Under the pieces are notes generated by a model that was given only the letters and a program-made list of their open reading frames with translations, was not told where the DNA came from and searched no databases. A program made the translations under genes and the position numbers. Shown here piece by piece: positions 50,689 to 62,382 of a DNA stretch of 64,000 nt (position 1 is its first letter; the number at the start of each line of letters is the position of its first letter). This DNA comes from Mycobacteriales bacterium (GTDB lineage: Bacteria; Actinomycetota; Actinomycetes; BP-191), in the NCBI GenBank assembly GCA_035536235.1, contig DATLOQ010000123.1:4132-68131 (forward strand), given 5' to 3'.

Positions 50689-52010
50689 CGTCGCGCGGGA
50701 TGACAGCGCGTGGGAGCTCAGGGCGGCCGCTGCAGGTAGCGCTGCTCGGCTGCGGAGTCGTCGGATCGGAGGTTCTCCGCCTGATGCACACCCACGCCGA
50801 CGACCTGGCCGCTCGCATCGGAGCCCACCTGGAGATTGCCGGCATCGCCGTGCGGGTGCCTGGCAAGCTCCGCGACCTTCCGGTCGACCCTGCGCTGTTC
50901 ACCGCGGATGGCTTAGGTCTCGTTTCGCGGGATGACGTCGACGTCGTGGTTGAGGTGATCGGCGGCATCGAGCCGGCCCGCACCCTGCTCATGGCTGCGC
51001 TGGAGAGCGGCAAGTCAGTGGTGACCGCCAACAAGGCGCTGCTCGCCAGCGACGGCGCCTCGCTCTACGACGTCGCCGACAAGCACGGGGCGGATCTCTA
51101 CTACGAGGCAAGCGTGGCGGGCGGCATCCCGCTGCTGCGCCCGCTCAAGGAGTCGCTCGCCGGTGATCGCCTGCACCGGGTGCTGGGCATCGTCAACGGC
51201 ACGACCAACTACGTCCTCAGCCGGATGGACGAGACAGGGGCCTCGTTCGCCGAGGCGCTCGACGAGGCCACTGCACTCGGCTACGCGGAGGCGGACCCCA
51301 GCGCCGACATCGAGGGCTTCGACGCGGCGGCGAAGGCAGCGATCCTGGCGAGCATCGCCTTCCACACCCGCATCGCAGTCGGTGATGTGCATCGCGAGGG
51401 AATCACCGACGTGACCTCTGCCGACATCGCCAGCGCTCGCGCGATGGGGCGGGTGGTCAAGCTGCTCGCCATCTGCGAGCGGGTCGACGACGGCGTCAGC
51501 GTGCGTGTCCACCCGGCGATGATCCCGCGCAGCCACCCCCTCGCCGGCGTGCGTGACGCGTTCAACGCCGTGTTCGTCGAGGGCGAGGCAGTCGGGGAGC
51601 TGATGTTCTACGGCAGGGGCGCCGGCGGCGCCCCTACCGCCAGTGCGGTGCTCGGCGACCTCGTCGCAGTCGCGCGCAATCGGCTGTCGGGGTCACGGGG
51701 CGCCGGGGAGTCGGCGTACGCCGCACTGCCGGTGCGACCGATGGGTCAGACCCGCACTCGCTATCACGTGAGCCTCGACGTCGCGGACGTGCCGGGTGTG
51801 CTGGCTGAGGTCGCCGGCGCCTTCGCCGCACAGGACGTCTCGATCCGCACGGTCCGGCAGGAAGGACACGGGGCGGACGCCACGCTCGTGCTGGTCACCC
51901 ACGAAGCCCCCGATGAGGCACTTGCTCGCACTGTCGGCTGGCTGCGGGGTCTCGACGTGGTGCGGGCAGTCACCAGTGTGATGCGCGTCGAGGGCGGGGA
52001 GCCGGCATGA
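50685..52010 (+). CDS. hom: Homoserine dehydrogenase
   Basis: NAD-binding [11 protein letters not shown], catalytic domain, and a C-terminal ACT domain. ATGA overlaps with both neighbours. Confidence 0.9.
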   Translation: MTSRGMTARGSSGRPLQVALLGCGVVGSEVLRLMHTHADDLAARIGAHLEIAGIAVRVPGKLRDLPVDPALFTADGLGLVSRDDVDVVVEVIGGIEPARTLLMAALESGKSVVTANKALLASDGASLYDVADKHGADLYYEASVAGGIPLLRPLKESLAGDRLHRVLGIVNGTTNYVLSRMDETGASFAEALDEATALGYAEADPSADIEGFDAAAKAAILASIAFHTRIAVGDVHREGITDVTSADIASARAMGRVVKLLAICERVDDGVSVRVHPAMIPRSHPLAGVRDAFNAVFVEGEAVGELMFYGRGAGGAPTASAVLGDLVAVARNRLSGSRGAGESAYAALPVRPMGQTRTRYHVSLDVADVPGVLAEVAGAFAAQDVSIRTVRQEGHGADATLVLVTHEAPDEALARTVGWLRGLDVVRAVTSVMRVEGGEPA

Positions 52011-53071
52011 CCGCTCCGGCGTCGTGGCGCGGCATCCTCGAGGAGTACCGCGCACGGATGCCCATCGACCAGAGCACCACGGTCATCACTCTGCGCGAGG
52101 GCGGCACTCCACTAGTGCCGGCCGACGTGCTGTCCGAGCGAACCGGGTGTGAGGTGTGGCTGAAGGTGGAGGGCGCCAACCCGACCGGGTCCTTCAAGGA
52201 TCGCGGCATGACCGTGGCCATCACCAAGGCAGTCGAAGAAGGCAGTCGGGCAGTGATCTGCGCATCAACCGGCAACACGTCAGCGTCGGCAGCGGCCTAC
52301 GCCGCGCGGGCCGGCATCGTGTGCGCCGTGCTGGTGCCGAGCGGGAAGATCGCCCTCGGCAAGCTCGCCCAGGCGCTCGTGCACGGCGCGCAGCTGCTGC
52401 AGGTAGACGGCAACTTCGACGACTGCCTGGACCTGGCGCGCGATCTGGCGAAGAACTACCCCGTCACGCTCGTCAACTCCGTCAACCCGTACCGCATCGA
52501 GGGGCAGAAGTCCGCGGCGTTCGAGATCTGCGACGTCCTGGGCGCACCTCCCGATGTGCACTGCTTGCCGGTCGGCAACGCCGGCAACATCACGGCCTAC
52601 TGGAAGGGCTACCGGGAGTACCACCGCGACGGCGTGATCGACGCGCTGCCCGTGATGCGCGGCTTCCAGGCGGCCGGCGCCGCCCCGCTGGTCTCCGGCG
52701 CACCGGTCGCGAAGCCGGTCACCATCGCGACCGCCATCCGCATCGGCAACCCTGCGTCGTGGTCCGAGGCGCTGCAGGTGCGCGATGAGTCGGGCGGGGC
52801 GATCGAGTCCGTCACCGACCGGCAGATCCTCGACGCGTACCGGCTGTTGGCTCGGTCGGAGGGCGTCTTCGTCGAGCCGGCGTCAGCGGCGAGCGTCGCG
52901 GGACTGCTTCAGGCCAGCGCCCAGGGCACGCTCGAACGAGGTCGCCGCGTCGTCTGCACGGTCACCGGTCACGGCTTGAAGGACCCGGAGTGGGCGATCT
53001 CCGGAGCTCCGGCGCCGCGCACCATCGCCGTCGACGCCCCAGCGGCTGCGGCGGCTCTGGGCCTGATCTGA
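52007..53071 (+). CDS. thrC: Threonine synthase
   Basis: PLP lysine motif PTGSFKDRG and the GNAGN loop. Confidence 0.9.
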   Translation: MTAPASWRGILEEYRARMPIDQSTTVITLREGGTPLVPADVLSERTGCEVWLKVEGANPTGSFKDRGMTVAITKAVEEGSRAVICASTGNTSASAAAYAARAGIVCAVLVPSGKIALGKLAQALVHGAQLLQVDGNFDDCLDLARDLAKNYPVTLVNSVNPYRIEGQKSAAFEICDVLGAPPDVHCLPVGNAGNITAYWKGYREYHRDGVIDALPVMRGFQAAGAAPLVSGAPVAKPVTIATAIRIGNPASWSEALQVRDESGGAIESVTDRQILDAYRLLARSEGVFVEPASAASVAGLLQASAQGTLERGRRVVCTVTGHGLKDPEWAISGAPAPRTIAVDAPAAAAALGLI

Positions 53072-53112
53072 GTGGGCTCAGGCTGGGTCGCCTCGACTGA
53101 GTCGAGCGAGAT

Positions 53113-54396
53113 GTGATGAGGCCGGCCCCGGGCAGCCGCGGCTACGTCCGGCTGCTCCGCGACGAGCGCGACTTCCGCCGCGTCTACCTCGCGCAGGTCA
53201 TCAGTCTCGGAGGGGACTGGTTTGCCCTGATCCCGCTGCTCACCTTGCTCGAGCGGCTGACCGGAGGGGGCTTGTGGGGCGGTCTCGTGCTCGCCGTGGA
53301 CACCGCAGCCTTCGCGGTGCTCGCGCCGTACGCCGGCACGGTGGCCGACCGTTACGACCGACGTCGCACGATGGTGATCGCCGACTTCGTCTCGGCCGCG
53401 ATGGTGCTGCTGCTCCTCCTCGTCCGCTCGGAGTCGACAGCCTGGGTAGCGCTCATCGCGATCGGCGGCGTGTCCGCCGCCAAGGCGTTCTTCACACCGG
53501 CGTCCGGGGCGGCGATTCCCAACCTGGTGCCGCCGGCTGATCTGGTGCGCGCCAGCGTTCTCGGCGGCGCGGTGTGGGGCACGATGCTCGCAGTGGGAGC
53601 GGCAGCGGGTGGGCTGGCGGCGCTGGTCATCGGTGCTCGGTGGTGCTTCGTGCTCGACGCGGCCAGCTTCATCGTCTCTGGCATCCTCGTCATGCGCACC
53701 CGCCGGCCGTTCAGCCAGTCGCGCGAACGCGCCGTCGTGCCGTCGGTCCTCGACGACATCCGCGAGACAGTGCGCTACGCCCGATCAGAGCCCCGGGTGC
53801 GGGCGCTGTTGACCTGCAAGGCCGGTGTCGCGCTGGGCAATGGCACCCTCGCCCTGTTTCCCCTGTACGCGACCAGGGTGTTCCGCATGGGTGAGCTCGG
53901 CACTGGTCTCCTCTACAGCGCGCGTGGCGTCGGAGCGCTGGTCGGACCGTTCTTCATGCGGCGCTTCATCAGCCGTGATCCGACTCTGCTGTGGCCGGTG
54001 CTCGCCGTCAGCATCGGGCTCTTCGGGGTGTCCTACCTCGGCTTCTCGGCGGCTCCGGTCTTTGCGGTCGGGCTGTTCTTCGTCGCCCTCGCGCACTTCG
54101 GCGGGGGAGCCAACTGGGTCCTCTCGACGTACGGCATCTCCTCCCTCGTCCCAGACCACGTCCGGGGCCGGGTCTTCAGCGCCGACTACATGCTGGCGAC
54201 GGCCGCGATCACGCTGAGCCAGGTGGTGGCCGGCGTGCTCAGCGAGACGGTGGCAGTGCGATCCATCTCGGCCGGCTTGGGTCTAGTCGTCCTGATGTAC
54301 GCCGGGATCTGGTTCGCCGCAACGCGGCGCCTTCGTCGGCTGCCCGCGCGTGGGGCGGCGGACGCGGTGTGGACACCGCCGGAGATTCCGACTTAG
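53113..54396 (+). CDS. MFS transporter
   Basis: 12 predicted TM helices with an MFS motif-A-like GTVADRYDRRR loop. Confidence 0.75.
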   Translation: MMRPAPGSRGYVRLLRDERDFRRVYLAQVISLGGDWFALIPLLTLLERLTGGGLWGGLVLAVDTAAFAVLAPYAGTVADRYDRRRTMVIADFVSAAMVLLLLLVRSESTAWVALIAIGGVSAAKAFFTPASGAAIPNLVPPADLVRASVLGGAVWGTMLAVGAAAGGLAALVIGARWCFVLDAASFIVSGILVMRTRRPFSQSRERAVVPSVLDDIRETVRYARSEPRVRALLTCKAGVALGNGTLALFPLYATRVFRMGELGTGLLYSARGVGALVGPFFMRRFISRDPTLLWPVLAVSIGLFGVSYLGFSAAPVFAVGLFFVALAHFGGGANWVLSTYGISSLVPDHVRGRVFSADYMLATAAITLSQVVAGVLSETVAVRSISAGLGLVVLMYAGIWFAATRRLRRLPARGAADAVWTPPEIPT

Positions 54397-54477
54397 GTCG
54401 AAGCGGCGTGCGGCGTAGGGCGTACGACGTGCGGCCATCGCCGCCCATGCGGCCACCCTGGCGTGGAAGGAGATCGA

Positions 54478-55389
54478 GTGGCAGGTCCGAGCTTTCGGGC
54501 GGCGCCGGTGCGGGTGCGGGTGCCCGCGACGTCCGCGAACCTAGGGCCGGGTTTCGACTCACTCGGGCTGGCCCTGGCGCTCTACGACGACGTGGTCGTC
54601 CGCATCGCCGACTCCGGCCTGCACGTCGACGTCGCCGGCGAAGGTGCTGAGGACCTCCCACGCGACAAGCGGCACCTGGTCGTTCGAGCGGTGCGCGCCG
54701 CGTTCGACGCGCTCGGCGGCCAGCCGCGTGGCCTCGAGGTCGTCTGCGCCAACCGCATCCCCCAGGGGCGCGGGCTCGGATCCTCTGCGGCGGCGATCGT
54801 GGCGGGGATCACCGCGGCCCGACACCTCGTGCTCGGCGGGATGACCGACCACGACGCGCTCGCACTCGCCGTAGCGCTTGAGGGGCACCCCGACAACGTC
54901 GCTGCCGCGCTGCTCGGCGGCCTGACGGTGGCGTGGTCCGGCGCGACCGACGTGCGGGCGACGCGGATCGGGCTGCACCCGGATCTGTGCGCTGTCGTCT
55001 TGGTGCCGAACTCCCGCTCATCGACCGCCAAGGCCCGCCGGATGCTGCCCGAGACGGTGCCCCACGCCGACGCCGCCTGGTCGGCCGGCCGGGCGGCGCT
55101 GCTCGTCGAGGCGGTGAGCCGTACCCCAGACCTGCTCTTCGACGCCACCGAGGACGTGCTGCACCAGCCCTACCGGGCGGAAGCCATGCCAAGGACCGCG
55201 GCCCTGCTTCGGTCGCTGCGCGGCAAGGGCGTCGCGGCCGCCATCAGCGGCGCTGGACCCTCGCTGATCGCGCTGGGCGTCAGCCCCGGTGAGCTGGACG
55301 CCGTCGCGGCCGGCGCTCCGCGTGGCTGGACGGCACAGCGGCTCGACATCGACCGCAACGGCGCGCAAGCGGTGCCGGTCGGCGGCTGA
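54478..55389 (+). CDS. thrB: Homoserine kinase
   Basis: GHMP kinase motif [12 protein letters not shown] and an N-terminal [12 protein letters not shown]. Confidence 0.85.
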   Translation: MAGPSFRAAPVRVRVPATSANLGPGFDSLGLALALYDDVVVRIADSGLHVDVAGEGAEDLPRDKRHLVVRAVRAAFDALGGQPRGLEVVCANRIPQGRGLGSSAAAIVAGITAARHLVLGGMTDHDALALAVALEGHPDNVAAALLGGLTVAWSGATDVRATRIGLHPDLCAVVLVPNSRSSTAKARRMLPETVPHADAAWSAGRAALLVEAVSRTPDLLFDATEDVLHQPYRAEAMPRTAALLRSLRGKGVAAAISGAGPSLIALGVSPGELDAVAAGAPRGWTAQRLDIDRNGAQAVPVGG

Positions 55390-55777
55390 AGGGCGCGGGC
55401 CGCCCGTCGCCGGGAATTGCCGGCGGCGTGGCGCTGTTGCTCTGGCCGCGACGCATCGTTACGCTTCGCCCTGTCCCACCTGCTCGCGCAGCTTGGCCGC
55501 CGTTCTTCTCGGCGCCGTACACCGGACGCACTTCCTCCCGGTGGCCCGCGGCCCGCCCCGCACCCGCCTTCCAGGCACCGTCGTCGGACCGCCCCAGCGC
55601 GCCACGACTCCCGGACGACGACGGGGTCGACGATCGGCAGCCTCGTCGCGACAACGCCGCCCAGTCAGCGGCTCACACACTCCCTCGCCTCCCGCGGGGG
55701 CGTCACACCGCACGGCTGCGAGACGCCGTGCTGGGCCCCGTCGATGCCGACCGGCCCGCACTCGAGAGGATCAGCGT

Positions 55778-57817
55778 TTGAGCGACACCACAGAGGTCAC
55801 CGGCTCCGGCAGCGCGGACGGTGGCGCGGGGTCCGCGGCACGCAAGCCGCGCGGCGCCACCGGCGGGCTCACCGGCATGAAGCTCGCCGAGCTGCAGCAG
55901 GTGGCTGCCGGCATGGGCATCAGCGGGGTAGCCAAGCTTCGCAAGAGCGAGCTGATGGCCGCTATCAAGAGCGCCAACGGCGCAACGGCAGCAGCGGGCA
56001 ACGGCCCGAAGGCCCCGGCCGACCAGGGTAGGAGAGCACCGGCCGACAACGGCACGAGAGCGCCGGCCGACCAGGGCACGGGAGCAGCGGCCGACAACGG
56101 CACGCGCGCACCGGCCGACCAGGGCACGAGAGCAACCGCCGACAACGGCATGAGAGCGCCGGGGGCCAACAACGCGCAGGACTCCGCCGGCGGCGGTGAC
56201 GTCCCCCAGGCCCGGCCGAGCATCACCATCGGCGATGGAACCAGCGGTGACTCCCGCGCCGAGGGCGGCGAAGGCCGCAGTGGCAGCACGTATGCCGAGC
56301 GTCGGGAAGCGCGGGAAGCGCGCTACCGCGAGCGAAGTCGCGACCGCCAGGTCTCTAGCGAGGGCGCGGACCGTTCCCAGGGCCAGAGCCACGGCGACCG
56401 CGCCCAGGGCACCCAGGTATCTGGCGACCGAGCCCAGGGTGACCGTGCCCAGGGCGGCCAGCCGCCGGCGGATCGGGGTCAGGGACAGGGCGGCCAGCAG
56501 CAAGGTGGCGGCGGACCTCGACAGCAAGGCGGCCAGGGCGGTGGCCAGGGCGGTCAGCGCGACGAGGAGTTCGGTCGCAGCGCCCGGCGCGGCCGATTCC
56601 GCGAGCGAGGGCGCAATCGTTCAGGCGGTCAGGGCCAGCGCGGCGGTCTGGGCTTCGGCGAGCCGGACACCATCATTCGCGAGGACGACGTCCTCGTGCC
56701 GTGCGCGGGGATCGTCGACATCCTCGACAACTACGGCTTCGTCCGGACCACCGGCTACCTCCCCAGCCCCAACGACGTGTACATCGCGCTCTCGCAGGTA
56801 CGCCGTTACGGCCTGCGCAAGGGCGACGTCGTCACCGGGGCCGTGCGCCAGCAGGCTGAAGGGGAGCGCAAAGACAAGTTCAACGCGCTCATCCGCCTCG
56901 ACACAGTGAACGGTGCGGACCCGGAGAAGGCCAAGGTCCGGCCTGACTTCAAGGACATGACGCCGCTCTACCCCCAAGACCGGCTTCGCCTCGAGACCGA
57001 CTCTCACTTCCTGACGACGCGGATCATCGACCTCGTCGCCCCGATAGGTAAGGGCCAGCGCGGTCTCATCGTCTCGCCGCCGAAGGCGGGCAAGACGATG
57101 GTGCTGCAGGCCATCGCCAACGCGATCACCACCAACAACCCCGAGACCCACCTCATGGTCGTCCTCGTCGACGAGCGGCCCGAGGAGGTGACCGACATGC
57201 AGCGGTCGGTGAAAGGGGAGGTCATCGCCTCCACCTTCGACCGACCTGCAGAGGACCACACGACAATCGCCGAGCTGGCGATCGAGCGGGCCAAGCGGCT
57301 GGTCGAGCTCGGTCACGACGTAGTCGTGCTCCTCGACTCGATCACCCGACTCGGCCGTGCCTACAACCTCGCCGCGCCGGCTAGCGGCCGCATCCTCTCC
57401 GGCGGTGTCGACTCGACGGCGCTCTACCCCCCGAAGCGCTTCTTCGGCGCAGCGCGCAACATCGAGAACGGCGGCTCGTTGACGATCCTCGCCACTGCCC
57501 TGGTGGAGACCGGGTCAAGGATGGACGAGGTCATCTTCGAGGAGTTCAAGGGCACCGGGAACATGGAGCTAAAGCTCGACCGCAAGCTCGCGGACAAGCG
57601 GATCTTCCCGGCCGTCGACGTCGACGCCTCGGGCACCCGCAAGGAGGAGCTGCTCATGTCACCGGAGGAGCTGCAGATCACCTGGAAGCTGCGCCGGGTC
57701 CTGCACGCGCTGGAGACCGGTCAGGCGCTCGAGCTGCTCATCGACAAGATGAAGTCGACGAAGGGCAACACGGAGTTCCTCATGCAGATCTCGAAGACGG
57801 TGGCCTCGTCCGACTAG
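55778..57817 (+). CDS. rho: Transcription termination factor Rho with low-complexity N-terminal insertion
   Basis: TTG start (LSDTTEVTG). Rho N-terminal [13 protein letters not shown], a long R/G/Q/D-rich insertion, OB-fold, Walker A PPKAGKT, and Walker B. In-frame within ORF 55289..57817. Confidence 0.85.
   Translation: MSDTTEVTGSGSADGGAGSAARKPRGATGGLTGMKLAELQQVAAGMGISGVAKLRKSELMAAIKSANGATAAAGNGPKAPADQGRRAPADNGTRAPADQGTGAAADNGTRAPADQGTRATADNGMRAPGANNAQDSAGGGDVPQARPSITIGDGTSGDSRAEGGEGRSGSTYAERREAREARYRERSRDRQVSSEGADRSQGQSHGDRAQGTQVSGDRAQGDRAQGGQPPADRGQGQGGQQQGGGGPRQQGGQGGGQGGQRDEEFGRSARRGRFRERGRNRSGGQGQRGGLGFGEPDTIIREDDVLVPCAGIVDILDNYGFVRTTGYLPSPNDVYIALSQVRRYGLRKGDVVTGAVRQQAEGERKDKFNALIRLDTVNGADPEKAKVRPDFKDMTPLYPQDRLRLETDSHFLTTRIIDLVAPIGKGQRGLIVSPPKAGKTMVLQAIANAITTNNPETHLMVVLVDERPEEVTDMQRSVKGEVIASTFDRPAEDHTTIAELAIERAKRLVELGHDVVVLLDSITRLGRAYNLAAPASGRILSGGVDSTALYPPKRFFGAARNIENGGSLTILATALVETGSRMDEVIFEEFKGTGNMELKLDRKLADKRIFPAVDVDASGTRKEELLMSPEELQITWKLRRVLHALETGQALELLIDKMKSTKGNTEFLMQISKTVASSD
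56028..56165. repeat. Tandem ~30-nt repeats encoding ([16 protein letters not shown])-like decapeptides within the rho insertion
   Basis: gccgaccagggcacgagagc/gccgacaacggcacgagagcgccg units repeated about 4.5 times. Confidence 0.6.
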
Positions 57818-57830
57818 CCGACGCTGCTCC

Positions 57831-58253
57831 TCAGTCGGCGACGCTGAGGTCGACCTCGATGTTGCCGCGGGTGGCATTGCTGTAGGGACACACCTGGTGG
57901 GCCTTGGCGACCAGCTCCATCGCATCGGATCGCTCCAGCGCGGGCAGGGAGACCACGAGCTCCACGGTCAGCACGAACCCCACGCCCGACGGTGCGGGGC
58001 CCAGGCCCACCCTGGCAGTGACGGTCGAGTCCGTCGTATCGGCGGAAGCCGCGCGGGCGACGAGCTGCAGCGCGGAGTGGAAGCACGACGCGTAGCCGGC
58101 GGCGAAGAGCTGCTCCGGGTTGGTGCCGTCGCCGCCGTCCCCGCCGAGCTCCTTCGGCACGTCGAGCTCTACATCGAGCCGGTCGTCCGAGGACGTAGCC
58201 CGGCCGGCGCGACCGCCGTACGCCGTCGCCTCGGCTGTGTAGAGCGTCTGCAT
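57831..58253 (-). CDS. ohr: Ohr/OsmC-family organic hydroperoxide resistance peroxiredoxin
   Basis: Two conserved Cys (ASCFHSA and VCPYSNA). 140 aa. Confidence 0.75.
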   Translation of the reverse strand: MQTLYTAEATAYGGRAGRATSSDDRLDVELDVPKELGGDGGDGTNPEQLFAAGYASCFHSALQLVARAASADTTDSTVTARVGLGPAPSGVGFVLTVELVVSLPALERSDAMELVAKAHQVCPYSNATRGNIEVDLSVAD

Positions 58254-58378
58254 CGTCGGCCTTCCCTCTCAGTCGCCAGAGCGGAGCGAGTCTGGCACAC
58301 TGGACCTACCGCGAACCGGTTCACACCTCACCAGCGGGTGGGGTGACCCGGCGTCGCCTGAGCAGAAGAGGACCGATC

Positions 58379-58600
58379 ATGAAGGCCGGCATCCACCCCG
58401 ACTACGTCGAGGCGACCGTGCACTGCTCGTGCGGCGAGACCTTCACCACGCACAGCACCGTGAGCGACATCCGAGCCGACGTGTGTTCGAAGTGCCACCC
58501 CTTCTACACCGGCAAGCAGAAGATCATGGATGTCGGCGGCCGGGTGGAGAAGTTCGAGAAGCGCTTCGGCAAGCGCGACGCCGGCGCGAAGCAGGGTTAG
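58379..58600 (+). CDS. rpmE: 50S ribosomal protein L31
   Basis: MKAGIHPDY start. CxxC...CxxC zinc ribbon (CSCG...[13 protein letters not shown]). Confidence 0.85.
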   Translation: MKAGIHPDYVEATVHCSCGETFTTHSTVSDIRADVCSKCHPFYTGKQKIMDVGGRVEKFEKRFGKRDAGAKQG

Positions 58601-58680
58601 CGGGGGCGGCGCCTAGCGCTGCTCCCTTGCCCGCTCCGCGCCCGCCACCTCCGCCGGGCGCCTGACCCTCGAGGCGACCC

Positions 58681-59742
58681 ATGTTCGACAAGCTCGGCGA
58701 GATCGAGGCGGAGCACGCGCAGCTCGAGCGCGAGATGTCCGATCCTGACCTGCACAACGACCAGGCGCGGGCGCGCACCGTCACCAAGCGGTATGCCGAG
58801 CTGACGCCGGTGGTCGAGGCATATCAGGAGTACGTCGTGGTCGCGGCCGACATCGAGGCGGCGCGCGAGCTCGCAGCGGAGGATGCCTCGTTCCGGGAAG
58901 AAGTGACCTCCGGCGAGGCCCGTCTGCAGGAGCTGCACACCCGGCTGCGAGAGCTGCTCGTGCCAGCCGACCCCAACGATGAGAAGGACGTCATCCTCGA
59001 GGTCAAGGCAGGCGAGGGCGGTGAGGAGTCAGCGCTGTTCGCCGGCGACCTGCTGCGCATGTACCTCCGCTTCGCGGAGCGCCAGGGCTGGAAGACCGAA
59101 ATCCTGGAGTCCAACGAGAGCGACCTCGGAGGCTACAAAGACGTCTCCGTCGCGGTGAAGGCGAAGGGGACCGGTGCATGGCGCCGGCTCAAGTACGAGG
59201 GCGGCGTCCACCGGGTGCAGCGGGTGCCGGCGACCGAGAGCCAGGGGCGCATTCACACCAGCGCGGCCGGAGTCTTCGTGATGCCTGAGGCCGAGGACGT
59301 CGACGTGACCATCGACCCCAGCGACCTGCGCATCGACGTCTACCGGTCCAGCGGCCCAGGCGGTCAGAGCGTGAACACCACAGACTCCGCCGTACGCATC
59401 ACCCATGTGCCGACAGGCACTGTCGTGTCGTGTCAGAACGAGAAGAGCCAGCTGCAGAACAAGGAGTCCGCGATGCGTATCCTGCGGGCCCGGTTGCTCG
59501 CTCTCGCACTGGAGGAGCAGGCAAGCGCCGCCAGCGCCGAGCGGCAGAGTCAGGTGCGTACGGTGGATCGCAGCGAGCGGGTCCGCACCTACAACTTCCC
59601 GGAGAATCGAATCTCAGACCACCGGACGGGCTACAAGTCCTACAACCTCGACCAGGTGCTCGACGGCGACCTCGACCCGGTCATCCAGTCGCTGGTCGAC
59701 GCCGACAACGCTGCGCGAATGGCTGGTGGCGATGAGGAGTGA
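58681..59742 (+). CDS. prfA: Peptide chain release factor 1
   Basis: PAT-type recognition region, GGQ motif (SGPGGQSVN), and a C-terminal [12 protein letters not shown] region. Confidence 0.9.
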   Translation: MFDKLGEIEAEHAQLEREMSDPDLHNDQARARTVTKRYAELTPVVEAYQEYVVVAADIEAARELAAEDASFREEVTSGEARLQELHTRLRELLVPADPNDEKDVILEVKAGEGGEESALFAGDLLRMYLRFAERQGWKTEILESNESDLGGYKDVSVAVKAKGTGAWRRLKYEGGVHRVQRVPATESQGRIHTSAAGVFVMPEAEDVDVTIDPSDLRIDVYRSSGPGGQSVNTTDSAVRITHVPTGTVVSCQNEKSQLQNKESAMRILRARLLALALEEQASAASAERQSQVRTVDRSERVRTYNFPENRISDHRTGYKSYNLDQVLDGDLDPVIQSLVDADNAARMAGGDEE

Positions 59743-60637
59743 CCCGCTGGCACCACCAGACGCAGTCACCACCACAGTCGACCGCGAGCTGCGCTGGGCC
59801 GAGGCCCGGCTCGCGGACGCGGGAGTGGAGTCGCCCCGGTGGGACGCCGAGCAGCTCGCTGCCCACGTGCTGGGCGTCCGCCGCGTCGACCTCGTTCAGC
59901 TGAGCGAGATGACCGGGGACGCTCACGCGGCCTTCATCGGGCTCGTCGGCCGGCGGGCCGAGCGCGTGCCGCTCCAGCACCTCACCGGCACGGTCGGGTT
60001 CCGCTACATCGACCTCGAGGTCGGACCGGGTGTCTTCATCCCGCGTCCCGAGACTGAAGTCGTGGTCGGGTACGCCATCGACCACCTGCGATCCGTCGGC
60101 ATCCCTGCGCCGCTGGTCGTCGAGCTGTGCGCGGGCAGCGCCGCCATCGCCCTGTCCGTCGCGCACGAAGTCCCCGGCGCTGTCGTGCATGCCGTCGAGG
60201 TCGACGCAGGGGCCCTCGAGTGGGCAGCTCGCAACGCGGACGCACGTGCTCTCGCCGGCGACCCGAGAGTGCAGCTGCACCACGCATCCGTCGAGGGGGC
60301 GCTGAGCGAGCTCGACGGGACAGTGGACTGCGTGGTCGCCAACCCGCCCTACGTTGCAGTGGATGAGATGGACGATGTGCACCCAGAGGTGCGCGATCAC
60401 GACCCGACCACCGCCCTGGTCGCCGGGCCAGACGGCCTCGACGTGATCCGGGAAGTCGTCGCCCGCAGTGCGGGCCTGCTGCGCCCGGGCGGGCTGCTGG
60501 TCGTCGAGCACTCGGACCGCCAGGGCGAGAGCGCGCCGGCCGTGCTGCATGCCGACGGGCGCTGGATCGACATCGCCGACCGCGAGGACCTCACCGGTCG
60601 TCCGCGATACCTCACCGCGAGGCGGGCCCCCTCGTGA
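59732..60637 (+). CDS. prmC: Release factor glutamine N5-methyltransferase (HemK)
   Basis: NPPY motif (VANPPYV) and a SAM-binding region. Overlaps the prfA stop. Confidence 0.85.
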   Translation: MRSDPLAPPDAVTTTVDRELRWAEARLADAGVESPRWDAEQLAAHVLGVRRVDLVQLSEMTGDAHAAFIGLVGRRAERVPLQHLTGTVGFRYIDLEVGPGVFIPRPETEVVVGYAIDHLRSVGIPAPLVVELCAGSAAIALSVAHEVPGAVVHAVEVDAGALEWAARNADARALAGDPRVQLHHASVEGALSELDGTVDCVVANPPYVAVDEMDDVHPEVRDHDPTTALVAGPDGLDVIREVVARSAGLLRPGGLLVVEHSDRQGESAPAVLHADGRWIDIADREDLTGRPRYLTARRAPS

Positions 60638-61275
60638 GCCGGCTCTTCGACTGCCAGGACGAGCAGTCCCGCGCGGCTGGCATCGCCGCCGCAGCCTCCG
60701 CCGTACGCCAGGGTGAGCTCGTCGTCTTTCCGACCGACACCGTCTACGGTCTCGGCGCTGACGCCTTCTCGCCGGACGCCGTACGCCGCCTGCTCTCCGT
60801 GAAAGGCCGGGGCCGCGACCTGCCGGTGCCGGTGCTCATCGGCAGCTGGCGCACCGTCAACGGCCTGGTCGACGTGCTTCCCCCGACGGCCAACGACCTC
60901 ATCGCGGCTTTCTGGCCCGGTGCGCTGACCCTGGTGCTGACGGCAGGCAGCGGGCTGACGTGGGACCTCGGTGACACCCAGGGCACGGTCGCGGTTCGCA
61001 TGCCGCTGCACCCGGTAGCGCTCGAGCTGCTCGCCGAGACTGGCCCGATGGCGGTCTCCAGCGCCAACCGAAGCGGCTCACCCCCTGCCGTCTCCGCTGC
61101 CGCGGCGCTGCAGGACCTCGGTGACGACGTAGCCGTCTTCCTTGAAGGCGGTGTCGCGCCCGAATCCGCTCCGTCGAGCATCGTTGACCTCACCGACGTC
61201 ACGCCCCGGCTGCTACGCGACGGCGCTGTCTCACGGGCCGAGCTCGAGGACGTCCTCGGAGCACCCCTTGGCTGA
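60634..61275 (+). CDS. L-threonylcarbamoyladenylate synthase (Sua5/YrdC/YwlC family)
   Basis: YrdC fold motifs (VVFPTDTVYGLGADA, SSANRSGSPP). Confidence 0.8.
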   Translation: MSRLFDCQDEQSRAAGIAAAASAVRQGELVVFPTDTVYGLGADAFSPDAVRRLLSVKGRGRDLPVPVLIGSWRTVNGLVDVLPPTANDLIAAFWPGALTLVLTAGSGLTWDLGDTQGTVAVRMPLHPVALELLAETGPMAVSSANRSGSPPAVSAAAALQDLGDDVAVFLEGGVAPESAPSSIVDLTDVTPRLLRDGAVSRAELEDVLGAPLG

Positions 61276-61900
61276 GGACGTCTTCGACCTGCTCACTGTC
61301 TGCACGGGCAACATCTGCCGCTCGCCCATGGCAGAGCTCATCGCTGCTCGCGAGCTGGCGCATGGCCTCGGCGCGTCGGCCGCGCGGTTCCGAGTGCACT
61401 CCGCGGGGACCCACGGGCTCGAGGGCTGGGCAGTCAACGAGCCCGCCGCAGCCCGACTCGAAGCGCTCGGCATCGGCCACGTCGATTTTCGGGCGCGGCT
61501 GCTGGTCGCGGAGATGGTGGCCCACGCCGATCTGGTGCTGACCGCGACTCGCGAGCACCGCTCCGCCGTCGTACGCCTGGGCCCGCGGGCGGCCAGCCGA
61601 ACCTTCACGCTGCGCGAGTTCGCCCGGTTGGTCGCCCTGGTGGACCGCGACGCACTCCCCTCCGACGACCCGGTGGGCCGGGCGAAGGCACTCGTCGTCG
61701 CCGCGGCGGCGGGCCGGGGTCGAGTGTGGGTGGACCCGGCGGACGACGACATCGCTGATCCCTACGGGCGCAGCGCATCGGTGTTCGAAGCGTGCAGCGC
61801 CGAGATCGCCGAGGCTCTCACCGAGCCCCTGCGCGTGATCTGGGAGCCGTTTCACGCGATGCACTCCGCGCCGGCGTCGACCCGTGAGGCTTCTTCGTGA
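61268..61900 (+). CDS. Low-molecular-weight protein tyrosine phosphatase family protein
   Basis: P-loop CTGNICRSP near the N-terminus and a DP motif (DDDIADPYG). TTG start inferred. Confidence 0.7.
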   Translation: MAEDVFDLLTVCTGNICRSPMAELIAARELAHGLGASAARFRVHSAGTHGLEGWAVNEPAAARLEALGIGHVDFRARLLVAEMVAHADLVLTATREHRSAVVRLGPRAASRTFTLREFARLVALVDRDALPSDDPVGRAKALVVAAAAGRGRVWVDPADDDIADPYGRSASVFEACSAEIAEALTEPLRVIWEPFHAMHSAPASTREASS

Positions 61901-62382
61901 CGGAGCTCGTGCAGATTCCTGCGCCAACGGCCGGCCGGACCCGGCTGGTGATGGGTGCCGACCATGCGGGATGGCGGCTGAAGGACAGCCTCGCGGACGC
62001 TGCCCGAGCGGCAGGCTGGGATGTCGTCGACCTGGGTACGTCCTCCGACGCCCGGGTCGACTACCCCGACTTCGGCCGCGACGTCGCGCGGGCGGTCGCC
62101 GACAACTCCGCGGATCTCGGCGTGCTGGTGTGCGGCACAGGCATCGGCGTCTCGATGGCCGCGAACAAGGTGCCGGGTGTGCGAGCGGCGGTCGTCCACG
62201 ACAGCTTCACCGCCTACTACAGTCGGGAGCACAACGACGCCAATGTGATCTGCCTCGGCGCGCGGGTGGTCGGAGAGGGTGTGGCCCACGCCGCGCTCGC
62301 CGTGTTCCTCGCCACCCCGTTCGGCGAGGGCCGCCACTCCGGCCGGGTCGCGAAGATCATGGAAATCGGGAGCGAAGCATGA
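61897..62382 (+). CDS. rpiB: Ribose-5-phosphate isomerase B
   Basis: RpiB/LacAB family motifs ([22 protein letters not shown]). Confidence 0.8.
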   Translation: MTELVQIPAPTAGRTRLVMGADHAGWRLKDSLADAARAAGWDVVDLGTSSDARVDYPDFGRDVARAVADNSADLGVLVCGTGIGVSMAANKVPGVRAAVVHDSFTAYYSREHNDANVICLGARVVGEGVAHAALAVFLATPFGEGRHSGRVAKIMEIGSEA

